DNA of 46,189 bases, from the IMG/VR virus record IMGVR_UViG_3300025769_000214, one strand, 5' to 3'. Positions 35,053 through 42,406 of this stretch are shown piece after piece; position 1 is the stretch's first letter; every line of letters starts with the position of its first letter. The notes under the pieces are model-generated. The model was not told the DNA's origin and did no database searches. It saw only the letters and a program-made list of their open reading frames with translations. The stretch comes from a virus. The position numbers and the translations under genes were made by a program.

Positions 35053-36843
35053 TTAAAACGACCACCCACCCCTGTCCGCATACTCTTCCCGCTCTTCGCG
35101 TTGTTTCTCTAAGCGTCTCCGCACGTCAGATTTTCCACGTTCCGGATTCTGGAATTTGGTATTTGATGGTGGCCTTCCGTACCAAGCGAAGTATTTGAAC
35201 GTATCGCCAAAGTGAGACCGGGCTACGTTTCGATCCATCTTGCGCTCTTCTCGCACGTCAAAGGTTCCGTCAGCCTTGAACCCCAATCCTGAGACAGATC
35301 CCGCTAATCCCCCTGACCCGTATTTGCTCTCTGACATAAAACAGACCCATGCTTGCCCGTTGGCATCCATAAGCATTCTGTTTGCATTCTGAAGCACGTC
35401 ACGTTGAGCCGGGTTCGAGTACCTTGTAATTCCGGCTTTAAGATCCGAGTTTGCAATGAGACCGCGCTTCACGATGGGCTGAACGAATTTCTTCATGCTC
35501 TTGCCGATGATCCCCCAATCCGTAGTGGTCGAACTGGAACGTCTCTGATTACCAGAAGCGTCACCAAGGACAATCACTTTGCCGGGGTGATCTGAATATG
35601 CGGCTTCGATATGAGATACCGCGCCCCGCGTCATTCCCCCTTTGGGATCGTCCGGCCATACTTCAAACTCATCGACTTGCGCCCACACCTTGCGGTCAGG
35701 AGCCAAGTAGTCTTCCGGCCGTTCGAATATCTCTTCAGTCTCCATGTGGATCCACGTCTCCCGATCCTGCATAACGAGATCGTCCCAACCGTCATTCCAA
35801 TCCTTCTCCTGATAGAGAGAGACTGACATTGGGTACACGTTGAAGTCATAGCTGATTACGAGATCTCTGTGCGGGGTGTAGTCGCAGAGCATCTTCGACA
35901 TGGTTCCCTTGCGGTGCAGGTCATCGCGGTACTGGAAGAAAACACGATCCGAGCGAGAGCCGCCACGCTTGCCGTACACGTAGCGTTGTGCGTCTTCCGG
36001 GGAGTAGGCTTCCAAAAGTCGGTTGATGTATTCTGCGCCAACGTTCTGCTTGTTCTCGAATACGCTAGGCTCATACAGGATCCCGATTGACGGGACGAGC
36101 ATTATTTCGTTGGTCTCCGGATCAACAATCTCCTTTTCGATGATCCCTTCGAAGTGTTCTTCTTCCTGATAGCCGAGCTTGGGCAGAGCCTTGTACTGCC
36201 AATGCGTTCCGTTCTCAGGCATGCCTGCGGCGAAGATACAGTTGGGGCTTCCGGCTCCACGAATCCTTGTAACGAAAATCGTCAGAGCATCTTTGTCTGA
36301 GTCCTGAACTTCTTCCGCCCAACCCCAATCGATCTCCGCGCCTTCCAGTTTGTTAATCGCGTCGAACGACCGGATCAGCACGAAGAATTCTTTGCCCTGC
36401 GTCATCGTCACGCGGTAGACACTAGAATAGGAACGGCCGTTAATCTTCTTCTGGTTGAAGAACTCGACTTCCCAACCGAGTTTGGATGCGACCTTGATCA
36501 GAAGCGGCCCACCATTATCCTTCGCCTGCGTGTAGGAGTTGGAGATCAGACAGCCCACACTTCCGGGATAGTTCTGACCCATTTCACACGCGAAGCAAGC
36601 ACCCCAATGCGTTTTCGATGAACCCTTCGCCCCGATCATTCCGACTAGCGGAGCCAGAGTATGCGTCACACCGTCAGCAGTTGTGTACTTCTGGCCTTGA
36701 TACTTCTTCAGAAATCTCCACGCCTTCTTCTGGGTGTCGGTCGCTCTCGCGGTATTTCCGTATGGATCCAGAAGCGCGTCCCGGTATTCAACCTTCGACT
36801 CGTATAGAACGTCATCGAATATCTTGTTCAGGTCAATCTGCAT
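35053..36843 (-). CDS. terL: Terminase large subunit
   Basis: Walker A GMIGAKGSSKTHW; 596 aa; adjacent to a small HTH protein and the head module. Confidence 0.85.
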   Translation of the reverse strand: MQIDLNKIFDDVLYESKVEYRDALLDPYGNTARATDTQKKAWRFLKKYQGQKYTTADGVTHTLAPLVGMIGAKGSSKTHWGACFACEMGQNYPGSVGCLISNSYTQAKDNGGPLLIKVASKLGWEVEFFNQKKINGRSYSSVYRVTMTQGKEFFVLIRSFDAINKLEGAEIDWGWAEEVQDSDKDALTIFVTRIRGAGSPNCIFAAGMPENGTHWQYKALPKLGYQEEEHFEGIIEKEIVDPETNEIMLVPSIGILYEPSVFENKQNVGAEYINRLLEAYSPEDAQRYVYGKRGGSRSDRVFFQYRDDLHRKGTMSKMLCDYTPHRDLVISYDFNVYPMSVSLYQEKDWNDGWDDLVMQDRETWIHMETEEIFERPEDYLAPDRKVWAQVDEFEVWPDDPKGGMTRGAVSHIEAAYSDHPGKVIVLGDASGNQRRSSSTTTDWGIIGKSMKKFVQPIVKRGLIANSDLKAGITRYSNPAQRDVLQNANRMLMDANGQAWVCFMSESKYGSGGLAGSVSGLGFKADGTFDVREERKMDRNVARSHFGDTFKYFAWYGRPPSNTKFQNPERGKSDVRRRLEKQREEREEYADRGGWSF

Positions 36844-36903
36844 GTGAAGTTTCTGTTAAGGATGAATCTTTTCGGTGGGGAAGGGGTAAGGGGATTTAGG
36901 GGA

Positions 36904-37578
36904 TCAGGGGATGGGGTTCTTAGGAGAAGATGGATCAGGGCCACTTAGGGTAACTACTTTATGTTCAGCAGACGGAAGTTCTACAAATGCCGTTTCCTGT
37001 TCCAAAGCGATCTCAGCCGGAGTAGGTAAATGTTCGGCCCCCGGAATGTTTCCGAGCTTCTTTCTCTCGCCTGCGGCAATGGCCACCATTTCGTTTTTGA
37101 TCATCAAGAGCATTCGCTCGTCCTGAACCACGCCTGCGACAGCCCGGATAATTTTCGTCATCACGTCCTGCATCCAGATCACACGATCCGCACCTTGATT
37201 GTCAAGCCGGATGAAAATGTTCAGTAGCTTCTCAGCGTCCGCGAACGAGACCTTGCCTTCTCCGCTCATCAAGCGACGATGCATTTCCGTGTACAAGTCC
37301 TGAATGTCTCCCTTCGCCTTCTTGAAGAAGTCCAGAGAATCGGATGCGGTCTGTTCAGATCGACGTGCCAACGCCTTCGCGGTTTGCTCCGCTCTGTCCG
37401 TCTCCCGGAACTCTTCCCAACTCAGCCCACCAGTAATTGACAGGGGTTCCCCTTGGGCTTTCCACTTCTGTAAAGTCGGACGGGAGATTTTGTGTTGCTT
37501 GGCAATTTTGGAGATTGAGTCTCCATCAAGCCACATTTGCAGACACCGTTTTTGATCCATTTCGGAGTAGGTAGCCAT
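36904..37578 (-). CDS. terS: Terminase small subunit (HTH DNA-binding)
   Basis: N-terminal HTH ISKIAKQHKISRPTLQKWK; the gene is immediately upstream of terL. Confidence 0.6.
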   Translation of the reverse strand: MATYSEMDQKRCLQMWLDGDSISKIAKQHKISRPTLQKWKAQGEPLSITGGLSWEEFRETDRAEQTAKALARRSEQTASDSLDFFKKAKGDIQDLYTEMHRRLMSGEGKVSFADAEKLLNIFIRLDNQGADRVIWMQDVMTKIIRAVAGVVQDERMLLMIKNEMVAIAAGERKKLGNIPGAEHLPTPAEIALEQETAFVELPSAEHKVVTLSGPDPSSPKNPIP

Positions 37579-37688
37579 AGTCGGGGCGGAAGGTCGCGGG
37601 GTAGTTAAGTATCATTGACAAGTTTCCACTACGCTGTCCCGTGTTGGCAGTTTCACTTGGTCAGAAATTAGCAACCCGTAACTACCGT

Positions 37689-37716
37689 CTTAACACGGCT
37701 TAACAGACCCTTAAAC
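37689..37716 (+). repeat. Three helically phased CTTAA(A)C repeats in the terS upstream region
   Basis: CTTAACA at 37689 and 37699, CTTAAAC at 37710 (10-11 nt period). Confidence 0.6.
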
Positions 37717-37807
37717 TACTGTGTCCCAAGACTTTACAGTTCACCTGATTTGAGCCTAGATTCTTTGAGATGGAGTATAGCACACCGACACCCCACCCCC
37801 CATAGGA

Positions 37808-37824
37808 ATTCACACAATCTTCAT
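37808..37824 (+). repeat. ATTCACACAATCTTCAT copy, 230 nt upstream of terS and 10 nt before the motif copy at 37834
   Basis: Exact 15-mer shared with 35038-35052; 16-mer with one mismatch shared with 39408-39423. Confidence 0.7.
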
Positions 37825-37833
37825 CGGGGAGTT

Positions 37834-37848
37834 TGGCATGGTTTTTGC
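37834..37848 (+). promoter_or_regulatory. Sigma-54-type motif, control-region array copy 1
   Basis: TGGCATggtttTTGC. Confidence 0.45.
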
Positions 37849-37932
37849 TAGTGTGAAGATTCAGCGAAATTTATGTTAAGACCTAGCGAATACCCCATGA
37901 AATACAATTCACATATCATATCTGCTAAAAGT

Positions 37933-37947
37933 TGGCACGATTTTTGC
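37933..37947 (+). promoter_or_regulatory. Sigma-54-type motif, control-region array copy 2
   Basis: TGGCACgatttTTGC. Confidence 0.5.
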
Positions 37948-38048
37948 TGTCCTTCTGATGCATATTTTCCTGTCACTATGTCAGGTTCGGCCATAATCCG
38001 TTGACGTTTTAATGACAGAATGGCAGATTCGAAAGTGGTCTGTAAAGT

Positions 38049-38063
38049 TGGCATGGTTTTTGT
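38049..38063 (+). promoter_or_regulatory. Sigma-54-type motif, control-region array copy 3
   Basis: TGGCATggtttTTGT. Confidence 0.4.
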
Positions 38064-38109
38064 GGGAAGGGGCTGTCAATTCAGCCATTGAATGTAAATG
38101 ATTTGAAGC

Positions 38110-38763
38110 CTATCGGCCTGAATGATCGCGGCGGAATGCAACCCAAGTAACGGCCTGCAATGCGTTGGCTGTTTTGTACCCAAGGTGAAGAGCGGCGGCT
38201 CTGTATGCATCGGCTATCTTCCGGTATCGGTTCGCGGTTATGCTCAGACGTTGGTGAGATGTATCGGTCGATCCCAACGCTATACCGATTGCGTGACGGT
38301 CAATTGTGACGGCATCGGCAAAACTCGGTTTTGCTATGTTGATCAGGAAATTGTCCGTCTTTGTCCCGGCCGTGAATTGTTCCCGGACGTTAACCAACGG
38401 AGTTGGGCCGGACAAGATACGGAATGCCTTGGCCTTGTTTTGGCCGTATGTTGATACCGTGATTGCGTCAAAATCGATCCCGGCACAAAATCCCTTGATC
38501 AAGGTTTCGGCATCGGCAACGTTGGTCTCCCAACTGCATGCAGGCGAAAGAGCGGAAACAACTCCGGCAACTTGCGAGAGTGAAAAACGTTCTTGGCATT
38601 CCGGCATTGCGGCCAAGTCTTTGCAGATTGCGTTCGCTACATAATACCAACGGTTCGCGGTCGTTTTATCGTCCGTTGTTACGGTCGAATTGTGAAACCG
38701 AACGATTTCGGCTTTCATACCTTCAACATCTTTCACGCGCTTTTTATATAGGTCTAACATCAA
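38110..38763 (-). CDS. Conserved-looking phage protein of unknown function (leftward early gene)
   Basis: 217-aa globular-looking ORF (WYYVANAICKDLA...VVSALSPACSWETN...VTIDRHA); the only - strand motif copy (39219-39233) lies upstream. Confidence 0.6.
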   Translation of the reverse strand: MMLDLYKKRVKDVEGMKAEIVRFHNSTVTTDDKTTANRWYYVANAICKDLAAMPECQERFSLSQVAGVVSALSPACSWETNVADAETLIKGFCAGIDFDAITVSTYGQNKAKAFRILSGPTPLVNVREQFTAGTKTDNFLINIAKPSFADAVTIDRHAIGIALGSTDTSHQRLSITANRYRKIADAYRAAALHLGYKTANALQAVTWVAFRRDHSGR

Positions 38764-38789
38764 ATTTACCGTGTTTTGGTGTACTTACT

Positions 38790-38801
38790 GTATCGGCCGG
38801 A
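38790..38801 (-). repeat. 12-mer TCCGGCCGATAC (read on the - strand)
   Basis: + strand GTATCGGCCGGA; intergenic between the two leftward genes. Confidence 0.7.
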
Positions 38802-38823
38802 ATCCCGGCCAACTTAAATGAAT

Positions 38824-39075
38824 CTAAAAATTTATCCCGATTACCTGAATTGAATTCAATTTCGGATCGCAATAATTGTCCCGGAGTTGGTTCAATGCAT
38901 CGGCCGGATTTTGGGCCTTGATGATTTTGAATCGGTTTTCACGTTCTCCGTACAGACCTGCAAAACTGAAATCGACTGAAAATGTAAACATGATTTTGAT
39001 CGTTTGGTTGATTGTTTCTCCCTTGTATACGGTATCGGCCGGAATGATCCCGAAATTAAGCACTTCACACAACAT
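38824..39075 (-). CDS. Hypothetical protein (leftward early gene)
   Basis: 83-aa ORF, first downstream of the - strand motif copy. Confidence 0.45.
   Translation of the reverse strand: MLCEVLNFGIIPADTVYKGETINQTIKIMFTFSVDFSFAGLYGERENRFKIIKAQNPADALNQLRDNYCDPKLNSIQVIGINF
39032..39043 (-). repeat. 12-mer TCCGGCCGATAC (read on the - strand)
   Basis: + strand GTATCGGCCGGAAT; the 14-mer is identical to 38790-38803. Confidence 0.7.
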
Positions 39076-39196
39076 TCACATAACTCGCAATAACGGACTA
39101 TTGAAGCCGTAGGATTGCGTCTAACGAACGCAAATTATTCCGGTAGTTTACTATTCAGGAAAATAGATACGCGATTCTGAGCGATTTCGACATTTC

Positions 39197-39211
39197 TGGC
39201 ACGATTATTGT
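39197..39211 (+). promoter_or_regulatory. Sigma-54-type motif, control-region array copy 4
   Basis: TGGCACgattaTTGT; 16-mer identical to the copy at 39388. Confidence 0.5.
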
Positions 39212-39218
39212 GGGTTAA

Positions 39219-39233
39219 GCAAATTTAGTGCCA
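39219..39233 (-). promoter_or_regulatory. Only reverse-strand sigma-54-type motif; candidate promoter of leftward genes 38824..39075 and 38110..38763
   Basis: The - strand reads TGGCACtaaatTTGC. Confidence 0.5.
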
Positions 39234-39387
39234 AATAACCGATTATGAAGATTCAATGAATGGGTTAAGTTGCGGAAACCTTTGGCCGATACATTGAATT
39301 CATACAGTCAACCTTCACCAAATTTTGGGTGTCCAATATACAAGACAGTTCGTCTTCATACTATCTTCACAAAGCAGATCCCTGTTT

Positions 39388-39402
39388 TGGCACGATTATT
39401 GT
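39388..39402 (+). promoter_or_regulatory. Sigma-54-type motif, control-region array copy 5
   Basis: TGGCACgattaTTGT. Confidence 0.5.
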
Positions 39403-39407
39403 GTGTC

Positions 39408-39423
39408 TTCACACGATCTTCAT
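39408..39423 (+). repeat. TTCACACgATCTTCAT copy just downstream of the motif copy at 39388
   Basis: 15 of 16 identical to 37809-37824. Confidence 0.6.
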
Positions 39424-39547
39424 GTATCAAAATGAGAATCCTGTATCAAAATGGGACTTGAAATGAGACCCGATCTGAGACCGGAGAAATGCTTTCTGAC
39501 CGTCACCGGAGAAATGATGACCCGGCACGACCGTATCAGGAGAAATG
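39423..39547. repeat. Iteron-like direct repeats in a non-coding region
   Basis: TGTATCAAAATG at 39423 and 39442; CCGGAGAAATG at 39481 and 39506; CAGGAGAAATG at 39537; AAATGAGA at 39431 and 39461 with variant AAATGGGA at 39450. Confidence 0.6.
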
Positions 39548-39606
39548 AAAACGCATTCTACCCGCGACAGAATCACCCTATACAGGGAATTGAGACCGTT
39601 TCGGGG

Positions 39607-39655
39607 AAAATTGTTCACCTTCTTATATACATTCAATCAGGGGTTCTATAAGTAA
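39607..39655 (+). repeat. 50-nt conserved element, copy C (no adjacent start codon; 11 nt upstream of the motif copy at 39667)
   Basis: aaaattgttcaccttctt-atatacattca-atcaggggtt-c-tataagta. Confidence 0.75.
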
Positions 39656-39666
39656 CCGGGCAATCT

Positions 39667-39681
39667 TGGCACGATGCTTGT
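39667..39681 (+). promoter_or_regulatory. Sigma-54-type promoter candidate for the early gene array
   Basis: TGGCACgatgcTTGT; 33 nt before ATG 39714. Confidence 0.6.
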
Positions 39682-39713
39682 AGAGTACCAGAGAAACTAA
39701 CCAGAGAAATTCC

Positions 39714-39899
39714 ATGCTAGTAGATACCAAAACCAAACAGCCAGTAAGCCTACCATACCAGACCACAGATTTTCGTGGCGATCCGATCACGGTGGTAGGG
39801 TTCACCGCCCCAAGGCATGCAGGCAGTACCGGGAGAATTCAGACCAAGGAAGGAAATGAGTATTTCCCCGGCGTAGCGAATTTGAAGATAGTAGAGTAA
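39714..39899 (+). CDS. Hypothetical early protein
   Basis: First ORF after the motif copy at 39667. Confidence 0.5.
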   Translation: MLVDTKTKQPVSLPYQTTDFRGDPITVVGFTAPRHAGSTGRIQTKEGNEYFPGVANLKIVE

Positions 39900-39945
39900 C
39901 CTACTATCACGCGACCAATTGAAACAGTAAACGAGTAAAGATATT

Positions 39946-40245
39946 ATGACAATGAAAGAAGCATACGAGAGAGCGTACAACAACTCTCAGATCCTAAAAG
40001 CCGCCTTCACGATTGGCGATCTATCCTGCGCCGTTGGCGTGGATTCAGATTCATTCACACCTTGGGTTCGGGCATCCGTCGAATTCCTAGACGATGTAGA
40101 ATTCTCGTTCTACAAAGACATGGAAGGTGCATTCCGTCCCGGAGAATTGAAACGTGCGGCGAGAATCGCCACCAAGCACAATTTCTCATTCGACCTTCGG
40201 TGGCCTTCTGGCGAGACCTTCCGCATCAGACCAACGGTGAAGTAA
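39946..40245 (+). CDS. Hypothetical early protein
   Basis: 99-aa ORF in a same-strand array. Confidence 0.5.
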   Translation: MTMKEAYERAYNNSQILKAAFTIGDLSCAVGVDSDSFTPWVRASVEFLDDVEFSFYKDMEGAFRPGELKRAARIATKHNFSFDLRWPSGETFRIRPTVK

Positions 40246-40485
40246 ATGCAGAAGCTAATTGCCCTACTCGCAGAAAACTTTTCCGGCAACACGCTCATAG
40301 TTGAGCCGGGAGTCAATTCAATGGTTCTGGTTCTGTTCATTCCCCAACGGTATCAGGACAGCACCCGGAGCCGATCAGAATGCATCACACTCCTGAAGGA
40401 GCTAGTAGACGAATGCCAGTACGGTGTCATGGTGCAATTCGAAGACGAAAATCGTCTGTACATTTCAAACCACCGCGCTTCGTGA
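40246..40485 (+). CDS. Hypothetical early protein
   Basis: Its ATG immediately follows the upstream TAA. Confidence 0.5.
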   Translation: MQKLIALLAENFSGNTLIVEPGVNSMVLVLFIPQRYQDSTRSRSECITLLKELVDECQYGVMVQFEDENRLYISNHRAS

Positions 40486-40517
40486 AGAAACGGTGAAGAG
40501 CTAAAGATCCGGGAACG

Positions 40518-40529
40518 TCCGGCCGATAC
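40518..40529 (+). repeat. 12-mer TCCGGCCGATAC
   Basis: Intergenic between 40246..40485 and 40553..41023. Confidence 0.7.
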
Positions 40530-40552
40530 CTGAGTTAGAAGAGAAAAGCAAA

Positions 40553-41023
40553 GTGAAAAACGATATGAAAAATACAGAGAAAAGTCTCCCGCAGGGAGCC
40601 GTTGCAATGATGGAACGTTTCGTAGAGAACTACGACAATTCAGAGTACCCGGATTCAGACGTAGCAGAATACTGCTTTGACGAATGGTTGATCAGGGGGA
40701 CGGAGAAGTACCCCAAGTCAAATATCTGGAACTACCGCGCCGAACATACTTGGTCATGGGTTCTGGGAGTAATGGTCTACCAGATCAAATGTGCGTTGGG
40801 CTTGATGAAATTTGCCCGGAAGGGATTGTGGAGAAAACGATTCAACACGATTAAGGAAGCATTCTCGTCCGTCTGGACGCTTGGATCTTTCACCCTGTCA
40901 GAAGAACAACTTAGGGATGCAGGAGAGTACCTGTATGAATGGATCACAGAAGGAGTCAACGACTACCGATACGATTCAGACCCACGAAATCATCCTTCAC
41001 TCTCTGCCGCGCAGAGAAACTAA
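40553..41023 (+). CDS. Hypothetical early protein
   Basis: 156-aa ORF; the track start is GTG and an alternative ATG lies at 40565. Confidence 0.5.
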   Translation: MKNDMKNTEKSLPQGAVAMMERFVENYDNSEYPDSDVAEYCFDEWLIRGTEKYPKSNIWNYRAEHTWSWVLGVMVYQIKCALGLMKFARKGLWRKRFNTIKEAFSSVWTLGSFTLSEEQLRDAGEYLYEWITEGVNDYRYDSDPRNHPSLSAAQRN

Positions 41024-41037
41024 CCAAAAACAATACA

Positions 41038-41259
41038 ATGAATCCTACTAAATACTTCCGCAACTTCGCCGCATTTTTCGGTATCGCATTGGCCGCATCA
41101 GGTTCAACCGTTGCACCAACGCCTGCTCCTACACGGAGAAAAAGCGTTGCCATGTCAACCGTCCGCAATGCCTACACAGGGAAAGAAGTTGAAGTGCCTA
41201 CTCACAACGTTGAGTATTTTCTCTCAAGACGCACAAACCGTTGGAGCGTAGTCAAATGA
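41038..41259 (+). CDS. Small secreted or membrane-anchored protein
   Basis: MNPTKYFRNFAAFFGIALAASGS is a signal-peptide-like N-terminus. Confidence 0.5.
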   Translation: MNPTKYFRNFAAFFGIALAASGSTVAPTPAPTRRKSVAMSTVRNAYTGKEVEVPTHNVEYFLSRRTNRWSVVK

Positions 41260-41492
41260 CAACCAATGCAAAGGGCGCACAGCCCCACAATCCGGCCGAT
41301 ACCGGAATCGTGTACGACCGTTTGAATCCACGCGACTACATTCACATTCTGGATATCTCAGACAGCGTTTGGACTGCTTCCAAATCGATCCGGGCCTACC
41401 GTAAGGCCAAGGGAATGAACATGCACTACATCATGGACTTCGCAGAATTGCAGAACGCAATTGCCCTGTCCAAATTCAAGGATGAATTATGA
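41256..41492 (+). CDS. Hypothetical early protein
   Basis: ATGA overlap with the upstream stop. Confidence 0.45.
   Translation: MTTNAKGAQPHNPADTGIVYDRLNPRDYIHILDISDSVWTASKSIRAYRKAKGMNMHYIMDFAELQNAIALSKFKDEL
41291..41302 (+). repeat. 12-mer TCCGGCCGATAC
   Basis: Inside CDS 41256..41492. Confidence 0.7.
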
Positions 41493-41920
41493 TCACCTTC
41501 TACATCATCATGGGTTCGCTACTAGCGATTTATCTCTGGTCGGAGAAAAGTTGGCACGACTGTTGCAAGGAATCGGGTGAGTTCCCGCCCGTTGAATCTT
41601 ATTGGGCATTGTGTCGAACGTGCGGAGAAGATTATCCGCGTCACGAATTGGAATGCCGAATGTGCGCCGAATGGAGCAATGATCCGGCCAGATACTTCCA
41701 TATGACTAAAGTTCTACCATTCTCACACGTCGAAGCAATGATGGAAGCCTTGCACATTGCAGACCTTCCCGTATCGTATGATCTGGAAGCCGGGATTGCA
41801 TCCTGCCGCCACCCGAAGACTAGGAAGCAGATCTGGGGGGCCATTGAGAAGACCAACGGCTACTGGATTGTGTTGCATGACGATGACCTTTTCGCAACCA
41901 CCATGACCGTCGAATCGTAG
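41489..41920 (+). CDS. Membrane-anchored zinc-ribbon-like protein
   Basis: N-terminal TM segment ITFYIIMGSLLAIYLW; CRTCGEDYPRHELECRMC. Confidence 0.5.
   Translation: MITFYIIMGSLLAIYLWSEKSWHDCCKESGEFPPVESYWALCRTCGEDYPRHELECRMCAEWSNDPARYFHMTKVLPFSHVEAMMEALHIADLPVSYDLEAGIASCRHPKTRKQIWGAIEKTNGYWIVLHDDDLFATTMTVES
41552..41566 (+). promoter_or_regulatory. Sigma-54-type motif inside CDS 41489..41920
   Basis: TGGCACgactgTTGC. Confidence 0.4.
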
Positions 41921-41949
41921 TAGGGCGTTCACCCTAGACGAAGAAAACA

Positions 41950-42195
41950 ATGGCTAAGAACGCTTTAACAAATTGGGAAGACGCAAAGTACCTACTCTAT
42001 ATGAGAGACGTGTACGATCATCCCGACACAGACGATGCCCTGAAGACACAGATTGAAAGTGAAGTCGTAAACGACTTTGGCCTGAATATCAACCAATTCG
42101 CCAACGTCCCGATTCAACACGTAATGTCCAACGCCAGTATCAATTCAGCACATGCGGCTGACCTGATCGCAGGCACAAGATCCCAAAGGAGATAA
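41950..42195 (+). CDS. Hypothetical acidic early protein
   Basis: 81-aa ORF. Confidence 0.5.
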   Translation: MAKNALTNWEDAKYLLYMRDVYDHPDTDDALKTQIESEVVNDFGLNINQFANVPIQHVMSNASINSAHAADLIAGTRSQRR

Positions 42196-42199
42196 AACC

Positions 42200-42406
42200 A
42201 TGTACAACCTGACCACAGCCCTGAACGTTTTTCACATCATAGAAGTTAAAAGTTGTGTTTCCTGCCTGAGTTTCAAGCTCATGGCTGAGACCGAAACCGG
42301 GACTCTAACTGAGACAGGAATCACCGGGTATTCAAGGGCCGGACTCAGAGAGATCGCTCACCACGCTCTAACAGCCAATTCGAGCGATGCGTTGGTGATA
42401 GGATAA
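42200..42406 (+). CDS. Hypothetical early protein
   Basis: 68-aa ORF. Confidence 0.45.
   Translation: MYNLTTALNVFHIIEVKSCVSCLSFKLMAETETGTLTETGITGYSRAGLREIAHHALTANSSDALVIG

Noticed and set aside
37848-38054. 68-aa - strand ORF covering two + strand motif copies
   Set aside because: Its ATG is simply the reverse complement of TGGCAT, and I have no supporting features. It is left unannotated, though it could be a real third leftward gene.
38122-38921. + strand ORFs 38122..38454, 38306..38644 and 38538..38921 downstream of the motif copy at 38049
   Set aside because: They are Cys/Arg-rich, mutually overlapping and antisense to a much more protein-like 217-aa ORF, so they are judged spurious.
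39270-39651. ORFs 39270..39461 (+), 39451..39651 (+) and 39427..39636 (-)
   Set aside because: They overlap one another and consist largely of the iteron-like repeats and promoter copies. One uses a TTG start. The region is treated as non-coding.
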